Assembly (NCBI GenBank): GCA_001179505.1
Contig: CDMY01000279.1
Coordinates: 1-64,000 of the forward strand
DNA length: 64,000 nucleotides
Source of the DNA: Vitrella brassicaformis CCMP3155
Taxonomy: Eukaryota; Protista; Chromerida
Direction: 5' to 3'
The position numbers and the translations under genes are program-made. Of the stretch, positions 21,011-32,260 are shown in pieces (the first letter of the stretch is position 1; every line of letters starts with the position of its first letter). The notes under the pieces are model-generated. The model had not been told where the DNA came from, ran no database searches, and was given only the letters and a program-made list of their open reading frames with translations.

Positions 21011-22081
21011 ATGACGAGTGCTGACGAGGATCCCGAGAAAGTCGCCTTCATCAAGGACTCGCGCCGCATCTTCCACATCCAGTGGAAGGACGGCCGGGAA
21101 ATGGTGGAGGAATACGACGCCAAGACGGACGAACTCCTGGGTGGGTAACTCACGCCCACACACGGCCGCAGAGGCAGAGGATGGCATTCATGTGGTGGCG
21201 GCGTTTGCTGTGTGCATCAGTTCGGAAGGTGCGGCAGAAGTCGCGGCTCGGCGCAGAGGGCAAGGTACAGACGACGCCATTTAATGGATGGATGGATGGA
21301 AGTTCCATCATATCTTTTCTTTGTTGTCTTCGCCCAGTGGGAATATGAGATCGGAATGCCGCCTTCGGTCAGCCATTCTCTCTTCATGGACAGAGAATGC
21401 ACTGTCTTCGGTCGGCTGCGTTGCGTGTGGTGCACCAGCGCCCTCCCGCAGAGACTGAGCTACTAGTGCCGTCATCGAACAACCCCATATTCTCAAGGAA
21501 GGACACACAGGTAGGTCAAAGGAAGCAAGAATGAATCACCATCGGCTTCTGCGGGTCGGTGCAAGGTGCAGCGGCCTGTTTTGTCTGTCCCTCCCTCCAG
21601 GATTGTTTCCAGTGGCGTATTCGCAATTTGTCCTTCCCATCTGACGTGTTCAGCCTGTCCATTGACGACGAGACGCAGCAGATACTGGTCAAGACATCCA
21701 ACAAAAAGTGAGGGAGAGAAGGGAAGGAAACTCCCACTTTGACGCGTAGGTGTTTGTCGGTGTGTTGTGCAGGTATTACAAGAGGATAAGTGTGCCCGAC
21801 CTGGCCCGCGTGTCGCTGCCGCTGGACCCATCGCGCCTCGAGTGGAAGCACATGCACAACACGCTCATCATATCGGTCGGTACCTTAACGCTTCTGCCCG
21901 TTCCCACCCACCACCCCTGTCTGTGTGTGTGTGTGCGTACGTGTGTATGTGGCATGTGTAGTATCGGAAGCCGACTGAGGTGCGCATGATGGAGGCGCGG
22001 CACCGGCGTGAGGCCAAGGAGAGGACAGTCAAGGTGCCCCCCATGTTTGAAGAGATGGCCAAAGCACTCAAGCAGCACTGA
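21011..22081 (+). CDS. DPCD: DPCD family protein (deleted in primary ciliary dyskinesia homolog)
   Basis: Spliced exons give AFIKDSRRIFHIQWKDGREMVEEYDAKTDELL-VRKVR...WEYEIG...[44 protein letters not shown]...HMHNTLIIS-YRKP, matching DPCD motifs. Confidence 0.92.
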
Positions 22082-22825
22082 GGGAGGGAGGGAGGGAGGT
22101 CAGCGTGTCCACCTGTACTGCTGGTAATATGGATGGTTGGGCGACTCCTGTGAGTGCACTCATGCACGATTTGCATCATTCACGCAAATACCGGGCTGTC
22201 AAAGAGTCGATATTCCTTCAGCACATGCACACATCAATGCATACACAGATTCGCGCACACACATCTATGTACGCCACCCACTTACCCACCCACCCACCCA
22301 CCCACCCAACGACCCGCCCGCAGACCGATCCACCGGCCAGAACGAGAAGCTTAGCACACGGACTAACGGCACGTACAAAACACGCACGCATCTCGCACCC
22401 ACCCATCTAGCGACCAGCCAAACCAGCCAAACCAGACAGTAAGACAGTGAGACAGTGAGTGAGTGAGATAGCTGAGCGGTGAAAAATTACACACACGGCA
22501 GCCAGCCAGCCAGCCAGACGGACCGAGTTGAGAAAGCAAGGAGGAGAGCGAGGGAGGGAGGGAGGGAGGGATATGATGGGCTGGACGTCGTCGTGTTGAA
22601 AGGGCCAAAAAACGTCGCGTGAATGCAATGCACTTGGGTGGGTGGGTTCATGGACAAGTCAATCGATCCCTCGACACGTGACGGATATATGGGTGGGTGG
22701 GTGGGTGGGTGGCTACACCGTGCGTCAGGGGTGAATGCACGGCGTGTACGTCTGCATACGTGGGTGGTCGGATGGATGGAACCAAACCAAACCAAACCCA
22801 CACCAAACCACTTGCCGTCCGCACG

Positions 22826-24928
22826 TCAGTTGCCGCCCTGCTGGGGTGGTTGCGGCAGCCAAACGACGATACATGTGATGTCTGCTCACACACACATCCC
22901 CATACACACAGAGAGAGAATAAATGGGCCAGGTGTCGAGGTGCGCACAGCGTGATGTGGCGTACCGTCGACGACATTCTCCTCTTCCGCAACCCACCGCC
23001 GCCACGCCTCATACGCCAGCTGCTCTGCACAACACACACACACACACACACACACACAGGCATCAGGACAGGTGAGCCACACACGCCAGGCGACCCCAGC
23101 CAGCTCACCGGTGGCCTCTTGTACGCCTTTCCGCGCCTTCTTGGCGATGACGTCGATGGCCTCCTGGCTCGAAATGAACTCCCACACCCCGTCACTGCAC
23201 ACCGTGAAGAACTGGTGGCTCGAATCTAGAGACACCTCACTGCATCCACCACAGCACACACACCAAACCATTACGGCTCTTTGTTGCATTGCATTGCATG
23301 GCGTGGGTCTGGCTGGCGACTCACGTGACGTCAGGGTCGGGGATGACGCCCACGCTGCTCCCAACTGTGTCCCCAATGGCCCGTGACATTGCCAGACCTG
23401 ATGGATGGTATACACAGACACAGACACATACCATGGCATGGCGCCCATGTTTTGGTCGGCTGGCTGGCTGGCTGGCTCTGCTGACCCACCCCACCTACCA
23501 GGGTACATTTTGCCCTTGACAAACACTCTGTGGGGTATGTCGCCGTCCAGACGACGCACCTCACCACCTGCACCCATCCCATCAATGGCACACATGCATA
23601 GGCGATGGCCAGCATGGCACGGCCTGTGTGGTGCAGTGTGTGACGCACCCACCTGACGAGACTATCCTTTTCTTCTCATCCTCCCGCGTCGGCTTGTGGT
23701 CCTGCGTCAGGTTCTGCGCCACTAACTTCTTGCCTGACACACAGGAGAGAGCGGCGGGTGTGTATTCCAATGTTGCCTCAGTGTGTGTGTGTGTGCGTGG
23801 TCGTGTTGTTTGTTACTGTTGTTGGTCTTGACGCCGAGGACGGCCCTCGAGTCGCCCACGTGAGCCACGTACAGCTTGTTGTCCTTGTGGATGACCACAG
23901 TGCCCGTCGTGCCGCTCAGCGCACAGTCGAAGCCGTCCGGCTGGTTGGCACGCTGCTCCAAGGCTATATGCACCTGATGAATGAGGAAGACGCATACCGA
24001 TCGACACACACATGGGTGTACTGTCCGCCGTCTCTCTCTCTCTCTCTCTCTCTCTCTTTTCTCTCTCTGTGTGTGTGTTTGTGTGTGCGTATGTGTGTGT
24101 GTGTACCTTTCTGAATGCTGTCTTGAGGCACTGTCCGGGGTTGTCGTTGAAGAGTGGGTCGGAGAGGAGGATCCGCGGCAGGTTGTGATGCACAAAACCA
24201 CTCACGTCATGGCCAGACGGACCTGTGAATCCAATCCACATACAACACACACGCAGCTGTACAGATGAGCACGAAGGCGCTGTGACTGCTGTGCGTGGCA
24301 GGGGGGCGCACCATGGCCATCGAACACACCATACATACCCCAATCATCGACCCTGCAACAAGCAAGCCGAGCAAGTCCACTGACTGACTCATCAGAACTG
24401 CTCTGCTCTGCAGGAAGGGGCAGGCAGTCAGGCCCGAGTGCACGTACCTGAGTATGAAGAAGTCATCCTGGTTGGGGCTCTCAGGCTTCAGCCCCTTCTT
24501 GCACGCGTAACCGATGCCGACCTCCGCCAACGTCTTGGCATTCAATGCATCGCCACACACCTCCATCTGCTTGTTCTGGACACACACACAGCCAGCCACA
24601 AAGGGACGCCTTCGTCACGCGCCTCCCTCCCTCCCCTCCTCCCTCCCTCTTAGCTTACGTCGAATCCTCTCTGTTGCTCTGTGGCCGGGCTCCCAAACAC
24701 GCTCGCCCTTCTGCCCTCCCCACTGCTGGACGGCGGCAGCAGGGCGAAAATGCTGCTGTCGACACTGACATCGCCAATGGTGCCCCGCTCCCTCTCCTCT
24801 TCCCTGTCGTCGCCCCCGGGCACCGATGGCTCGGCGTGGCTGACCGACAGCCGCCGGCGGGCGGGGCGGTGGTGGGTCCCGTTGTTGGCCACAGTAGGCT
24901 GCTTGTTGGCGCTGGGAGTGCAGCCCAT
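22826..24928 (-). CDS. PP2C/PPM-family Ser/Thr phosphatase with N-terminal MGC dual-acylation motif
   Basis: NQDDF, GVFDGHG, SGTT, AHVGDSRAV, LTQDHKP, LAMSRAIGD, CSDGVWE, DDITC motifs across exons; N-terminus MGCTPS. Confidence 0.95.
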
Positions 24929-25058
24929 CGAACAAAATGATCAAAGGAGAGTAAAATAATGAGGAGATTTTGCCGCCTCTGCTTGTTCCGGGTCCGAGGT
25001 GCGACTTCCTTCAGCTCGCAATTCCCCCCCTCTCCCCCCCAGTCTCCCTCCCAAGGAG

Positions 25059-28000
25059 ATGCCGCCACGTGGTCGGTTGCAGCGTCCTGCAAAGAAGCGT
25101 ACGCCCCTGGTGCACACGCTCACCATCGACAAGAATCGCAGATCCACTGTCGGCAGCAAGCGGAGCACTCACACATCGGTCCCTGCTGATTTCGGCAGTG
25201 CAAGGAACCTCCGATGGCTGGTTGAGAGCGGCAGAGGGGCGAAGGGGCGGCATTCAACTCGTCAGCTAGGACCAGAGGCGCCTCTCTGGGTGGATGTGGT
25301 GTTTGGGGCGCTGGTTGTGGTCAACTCCATTCTTATCGGCGCGGAGACCGACCTTAATAGAGAGTGAGCCCCGCTCGCTGCTCTGAGTCGAAATCTGTGT
25401 CTGTCTCGTGTGTGCTCTCTACCTACCTATGCAGTCGTCGTGCGGATGTGTCGTCGGCTCCCGTCTGGTATGCGGTTGAGAGCACCTTCCTGGCCGCCTT
25501 CTGGCTGGAGGCCATCATACGCCTCGCGTGGGGACGGAAGGGCTACTTCAGAGATGCATGGAACAGTGAGAACTCACATAAGATCGATATCGATTGCAGA
25601 TTTATTGTTATCTCTCTGCTGCTTGGTCAGTGTTTGACCTTGTGCTGGTGTCTCTGTCATCTGTACACACGTGGGTAATCCATGCCTGAATGCATCAGCC
25701 CTCTCATCTCGCCAGCCACGAGTCCGCTTTGTACCCTTTGTCTCACTCAGGTGGTCACCCCGATGGCCCTTAACGTCCAGCAGAACGCCCTGTCGTGGAT
25801 CGTGGTGCTCAGAGCGTTGCGGCTCTTGCGGATCGCCCGTATTCTGCGAGTGCTGCGCTTCACGAAGGAGCTGTGGCTGCTGCTGAGGGGCTTCACAGGC
25901 TCACTCCGGACGGTCTTTTGGACGTGCCTGCTGGGCGTAATTGTCATATACACATTCGCTATAGTGTATGGTGGGCGGCAGGAGCAGAGACAGATGCCAT
26001 TCATCCATAGTGGTTCTGAGATTGTCTGTCGTTGCCTGTCAGGCTGACTGAGTTTGTGTATGATTTCAACGCACTCGAAAGGAACCCTGAGCTGTTTGAC
26101 CATTGGGGCACTGTGCTGCGGTCAATGTGAGTGATGAGTCATTTGCACGTGGATGTTCACAGAGGGCAGCGTTTGAGGCACCTGTCCTGTCACGTGCACG
26201 TGTGTGCAGGTTTTCGCTGTTTGTGTTGATGACGCTCGAGTGGTCAGAGATGGCTTGCGACCTCATGCAGGAGCTGCCGTGGGTGTGGGTCATCCTTCTC
26301 GTCTACCTCGCAATATCGTCCTTCGCAATACTCAACCTAGGTACACCGAATGACTGACTCATGGCTGATGTACCTGATTGTGTGTGTGTGGCTGGGTAAT
26401 CAGTTGTGGGCGTGATATGCGAGTCGACTCTCTCTGGCGTCAGGTGAGACCAGCAGCGGCCGCGGACACACTCATTTGGTGCCGTGTGTGCATTGATTCA
26501 GCTTGTACAAGAGGAAGAGCGTGCCCGTGAGGAGGCCCAGCAGCCTGTGCTCGAGGCGGGACTGCGAGAACTGTCCAGACTCATGGACACTGACGTATGT
26601 ATGCGGACCTGACAATGGGAACCAACGAGCACAGACACACATTTGACCCACAGACGCTTTGTGTCTCGTCTCTCTCCCGGACAGGACGATGGCTGGCTGA
26701 CTAAAGAGGAGCTGCGCAACGGCCTAAAGAGCAAGCTTGTAATCGCACGCAGAATTGTGCGGCATTGGTCGATCGCTCTGTGTGTCTGCTACCATTACTC
26801 TCATGCTGCAGGTGGTGAAGCGTCTCCGCAATTTGGCGGAGGGCATGGATCCCGTGCAGCTCCTCTCCATACTCAACGCCGAATTCGACCAACGGTACCA
26901 TACACACACAATCGCGTCAATGTACTCATTGCATGCGATCAAAAATGTACGTCTTCCAGGCTCTCGTCTCCCGAATTTGTCAACAGCATCGTCAGAATGC
27001 TCTCAGAGGTACGTGCACACCGACGGAACACAGACGGACACGGCCAATGGGTGGGTCTGCAGGCCAAGAGCATGGGCCTGCTGCTGCTATTGACACACTC
27101 ACGTGCCATCAAGCTAAGGATCCTGCACATCGAGAAGAGCATCGGCAAATTCGCAGAACACGTGACGCGAGACGTGAGTGAGCCAATGCGAACAAACACG
27201 TCATCTTTCTCCATGCGGAATGCAGCGACGCGCATTTGTTTGTCTGGTCAGCTTCTGCCCCACTTCGAGATGCCAATTGGCTTCTTCGAGGATACTTGGA
27301 GAGAAAACAAGCGCGCGTCTCACAGGCACTCAACCACTCGTGCGTCCCGGCAGCCGAGAGAAGGCCGGCGATCCGCTAGGCAGTCGGTGCAGGGAGAGGT
27401 ATAGCCACCAGCACACATACACACACTACATTCCTGCCATTCCTGCTACTATCTGTCATGTCCAGAGAGCCGCTATGCCTGGGCCCCTGCAAAAGAAGAG
27501 GAAGACCAAAAAGCCGAGGAAAAGACACTTCGCTCAACGAACTGCGACACCGAAGGCCGCTCAGCCGAGAGACGAGTCCCCGCCACAGGCGGAATTTCTG
27601 CCTTGGACACTTCGGCGTGTGCGCTCTGACGACGTGTTCGTGGCGAGCTTCGAGCAGCCCGTGACGTCCGCTGATGAGCAACGAAAGGAAGAAAAACACG
27701 ATCCACATGGAAAGATGCGGGCATTCGGACGAGCCAGCCTGCCTGACGTCCCAACGTTCGGCCTGCAAAAGAGCCTGTTCGAGACACAAGGAGGGCCCGC
27801 AGCGACAGTGACGCCTCTCCGGGCGCTGCACCGGCCACCAGCGCTGGATGACTCCAGCATCAGCGTCAGTGTGAGCAGCCAATCTCGCAGCCTCACGGTC
27901 ATGACCCCTCAGCTGGGCAATGGGGGGCAGATGCTGGTACGGGAAGGCAAGACGGACAGCCGGCGATCCATCCCCTCCACGCCCACGCCACATCCGGAGA

Positions 28001-30336
28001 TGCCTATGTCTCCAACTGCTTTATCCATGGTCACGATCCCTCGGTTCCAGTCGGCCACGTCACATAGGGCAGTCAGCAGACGAGAGAGAGACAGAGACGG
28101 CTCTGCGGGTGGGTCTCGGCGCGGGAGCTGGATACGGTGGGGGATGGGGGAGGACGGCAGTGAGGGCAGCGGGAGACGAGGGCCTTTCTCACTCATGGGG
28201 TTCTTCCATCTCATGATGAGGCGTCGCGACTCTGCTTCGAGTGAAGGCGTCAGCGGGATGTTAAGACAGGCAATCTGCGTCCATTTGATGCCGGTGTGTA
28301 TGTGTGTCGTGCCAGAGAAGTCTGTATCGGGGATCCAGCCGTGCAACAACAACCGACAAGTCCACAGACAAGTCTTACGTGCAGTGGAAGTCCATGCGTC
28401 GGCCTGAACTGGCGCTGAGGATCGCATTCTCCCCCAAGTTCGACCTGTTCTTCGGGCTGCTCATCCTCCTCAATGCAAGTCTGTCAAGGAGGGGAGCCAA
28501 AGGAATGTGTGTATGGATGTCGCCCTGTGGTTTTGGTGGTTGTCGATCAGTTGTGATTGGCCTAGAGACGGACTACAATCCGCATAATGGCGGCGATCAA
28601 TGGGGCTGGTACATCGGAGAGATGCTGTTCAACGTGAATTTCATCATTGAGTTCGTGATCCGTTTCTCCGTCTACTCGTGGTACTACTTCCACGATCTCT
28701 CCAACACTTTCGACTTCTTGCTGGTGGTGAGCTGAGGCTGTGGAAGCGGCCGCCACCTCGTCTCATCCTGCCTGTCTCTCTCTGCGTGTCAGCTGATTGG
28801 TGCATTGGATGCATTTGTGCTGACCTGGGCGGTTGATGCCGATGCACTTCGCTTCTTCGGTGTGCTCAGGTAAAAGATCCGCTGAGATCTTTGCGAGAAT
28901 GACATCTATGGCCCGTGTGCATCATCAGGGTGGTGCGTTTGCTGCGGCTGGCGCGTGTCATTCGTCTGTTCAAAATATTCAAGGAGCTGTGGCTGCTGCT
29001 CGCCGGATTGAAGACGGCCATGCGCACACTGCTGTGGCTCAGCATCATGCTCGTGCTCATCCTGTACTTCGCTGCTGTCTTCCTCACCATATTTGTCGGT
29101 GAGACACCACACACAGATGAACACAGAGAAATGTCGGTGTGTGCGTGTCTGGCAATGCGGTTCAGGCAAGGAGGACTCGTACGATGACGAGATTGAGGAT
29201 CGAGACGAGCTGTGGGGCACCATTCCTCGGTCGATGTTCACCCTCTTCGGTATCATGACACTCGACGAGTGGCCCAGAATCGCACGAGACATCATTCATC
29301 TGCAGCCCTGGGTGAGCGAGTGGGCTAACAGATATTGATAGACAGCGTCAGCAAGTGCCCTCCCCTTCTGCAGCTGTCGCCGTTCTTCCCCCTGTACATC
29401 ATGGTCACATCTTTCGGCATCATGAACGTCGTCATTGGCGTAAGAACTGCACACAGGAGGAGGCACAAATGCGTCCCTATCTGGATGCCTGCAGGTTATA
29501 TGTGAGAACTGTCTGTCGCTCGTCAAGGAGCAGAATGAGCAGCTTGCCGACAACGAGTCCGAGAGACAGCTGCGGCTGCGAGAGGCACTGCAGCTGCTGT
29601 TCAGCAGACTCGATGAAGATGTATGCATATGTAGCATGGGATGGGCATCAAAGAGACCCTTTGTGCTGTACGTGTGTGTGCAGAGTGATGGACTGGTGAC
29701 GTATGCCGACCTGATCCATTGCAAAGACGACCTGGCGGTGACCTTACCACACAGACCCACCCACGTACATTCACACATTTTTCTGACCTCACAGACGCTG
29801 GATTTGATCAAGCTGAGCGACTCCACCTTCCGTGAGCTGCAGGAGCTCTTTCGCATCATGACGGGCCAGGAGAGAGACGACAGGGAAAACGAGACCATCA
29901 CCGTTCACGAATTCACCAGCGCCTTCTTGCGAATGAAGGATCACAGCCTCAGCTCGCTGGACTTGCTGACTCTTCTCGGCGGCTCGCGAGATGTCAAGGC
30001 CATCATGAGCAAAGTGGTAGACACGAGACATGCACACACCAGAAGGAAAACAGACAAAAACTCCTTCTACAGGAGAGGAAGCTGGAGCGGCTTGCGAAGT
30101 GCCTGTCGCTCTATCCGACGTTCCGTGAGGCCCTCAAGGGGGAGATCAGTGCGCTGGCGACGAGGGAACGACATGAGAAAGAGCTCTTTCTCTCGAGCCA
30201 GCTGTCGTCCGACCAGCCAGCGTATTTCATAATCCACGACGACGAGAACGCACCCATGGGCGGCTTCTTCCCCGCACCACATACACACGCACCGCCAGCC
30301 GCCGCTGACGATGACCTCCCAACGACGCCCCAGTAG
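25059..30336 (+). CDS. Voltage-gated cation channel, most likely one two-repeat (2x6TM) gene with EF-hands after each repeat; 3' end uncertain (TAG at 30334-30336, possibly extending to 31235)
   Basis: Repeat I: WNMFD, S4 LRALRLLRIARILRVLR, pore MTLEWSE (26232-26243), EF DTDDDGWLTKEE. Repeat II: SNTFD, S4 LRVVRLLRLARVIRLFK, pore MTLDEWP (29258-29272), EF DEDSDGLVTYAD. All junctions checked are phase-consistent, including a 67-nt GT-AG intron (27399-27465) that bridges the repeats. Confidence 0.8.
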
Positions 30337-31530
30337 CGCGCCACACAAGCTGTGAATCGTCGCTCGTCCGCCCCGCAGATGGCCAACCCAGCTGCTGTCC
30401 TTTTGCTGAGCCAGTACTTCGCGGAAAAGAGGCGCCAGCGGGAGATAGAGAAAGAGACGGAAATGGGCGGGCTGTCCATGTCCAGACGGGTGTCTTGTGT
30501 GACTCCTGCGTCGAGGCGCGGCAGCTCACGCTTTGAGGCGTCAAGGAGGAGCTCGCGTGTGTCTGTCAGGGGCACGGCCAGCCGTCGATCAATCTCATCA
30601 GCGAGAGTGCCCACAACGCCCTCCAGCAGATCGGTAAGTAGACTGGCCAGCGACAGAGTGGGAGACATATCTTTTCCATTCATCGCAGGACATTAACGGT
30701 GTCATGCGGCCCATCACGTGCCGCCCCGTGGTCTCTCTCTTCTCCTCACAAACATCGACCCTCCCGATACCGACGCTGCCGCTTCCCCCAATGCTGGCTG
30801 ACAGCGACCAGGCCTCCCCGTCGATGGCCGACCTGCCAAAACCTGAGAGTCCCCATCAAGGCTGGACGGGGGAGATGAGCACATACACGCCGATGAGGAG
30901 ACTGACCACCAGCAAGGCAACCAGCAAAGGTGCGCACACACAGGGAAAGAATACCTATGGGGCCTTGATGTGTGTGTGTTGTGGATGGATCGTCAGAGGC
31001 GTCCCGCGTGTCGAGTAGAAAGAGACTGTCGTTTGTAGACCACCCCGCGGTGACTGACACCGACGGCAGCATGTCCGTGTCACCCACGCCCAGCGTGGCC
31101 GCCGTACCCATCCGGCAGAGGCAGTTTGGACGTGTGTCGTGGTCGCCCTCCCTCCATGTAGAAGAGCATCCCACTACGCAGCCGGTTAGGTTGGCTGACA
31201 CAGTAGCCGACAAACATGACGAGAGCATCCAGTAGAACGAGCAAATCGTTGCGCTGTAGTGCATGTCCGACCGACGGCGTGTGTTTGACTATGTTGTGAC
31301 GTTGATTTCTTTGCTCAGCCGGAGCTCCATGACGGACAATTTGTTTGTTAACGAAGGATAGTTGCGTTCGTCAGGTTAAAGTACATTGCGTGCTCATTAT
31401 ATATCCATTTATTCGTTCATTCATCACCGATATAATTCAAAGTCTATATACCCCCACGCACAGACCGCCCACGTCCATCAGAACAACACGATACACACCG
31501 GCTCCCTCCCTCCCTCCCCCTGCCCCCACG

Positions 31531-32103
31531 TCACGCACTCATCTTCTCCAGGACCTTGACAGTCCTGTTGGGCGTCCACAGGTGCGCATTCTCCAGATCT
31601 ATCGCCTCCCGATGTGCCATTGGCGTGGAGAAGTCGCCCGCATTGCTGAGCGTGCCCGTCCCCGCTCTCGGTGTGTACATGACCGTCCGCTCCTCGGCGG
31701 CGTGTGCAGGTGGCAGAGAGGGCGGGAAGGGCGGGCCGCCGGATGGGCCCTGCAGGGTGGCTGCCGTTGTCGACGTGGTGTTGTTGGTCTTGTTGAGGTC
31801 CCGCTGGCTCACTGGCCGTGACTGGAAATCGGGGAAGCGGCCGGCATTGGATGGAGGGGGGAGGGTGCATGTGTTGGGCGGTACACGCAGCGGACGAAAC
31901 TCCTCACCCTGAATGAACCAGGCCAACAGAGAGAAATCTATCCATCCACCCGGCGTGTCGGCTGGTCTTTTCTCTCTTACCACGTCAAGGGCTATGTTGG
32001 CACACGAGCACGACGACACCAGGCTCATGACGCCGCTAACTACTCCATCAGCCATCTGCTGCACATCCCGCAGCACCTCCATCCGATCTGCCGCGTTCCC
32101 CAT
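31531..32103 (-). CDS. Small hypothetical protein (3 putative exons, starts MGNAA)
   Basis: Phase-0 introns gtaaga...ttcattcag and gtaccg...atttccag; no recognisable domain. Confidence 0.45.
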   Translation of the reverse strand: MGNAADRMEVLRDVQQMADGVVSGVMSLVSSCSCANIALDVVREKRPADTPGGWIDFSLLAWFIQGEEFRPLRVPPNTCTLPPPSNAGRFPDFQSRPVSQRDLNKTNNTTSTTAATLQGPSGGPPFPPSLPPAHAAEERTVMYTPRAGTGTLSNAGDFSTPMAHREAIDLENAHLWTPNRTVKVLEKMSA

Positions 32104-32260
32104 CACCTCAACGGACAGGCTTCAAATGTGGTGTAAATCGACAACATGAGAGCGTGCCCTCCATCTCTGCAAAGCGAGGATGGCGTTGTGATGAGTGCGA
32201 TCTTTGCGATCTGCGAGCCCAGAAAGAAAGGCGAACCGACAGGGGAAGAAGCGGCTGACG

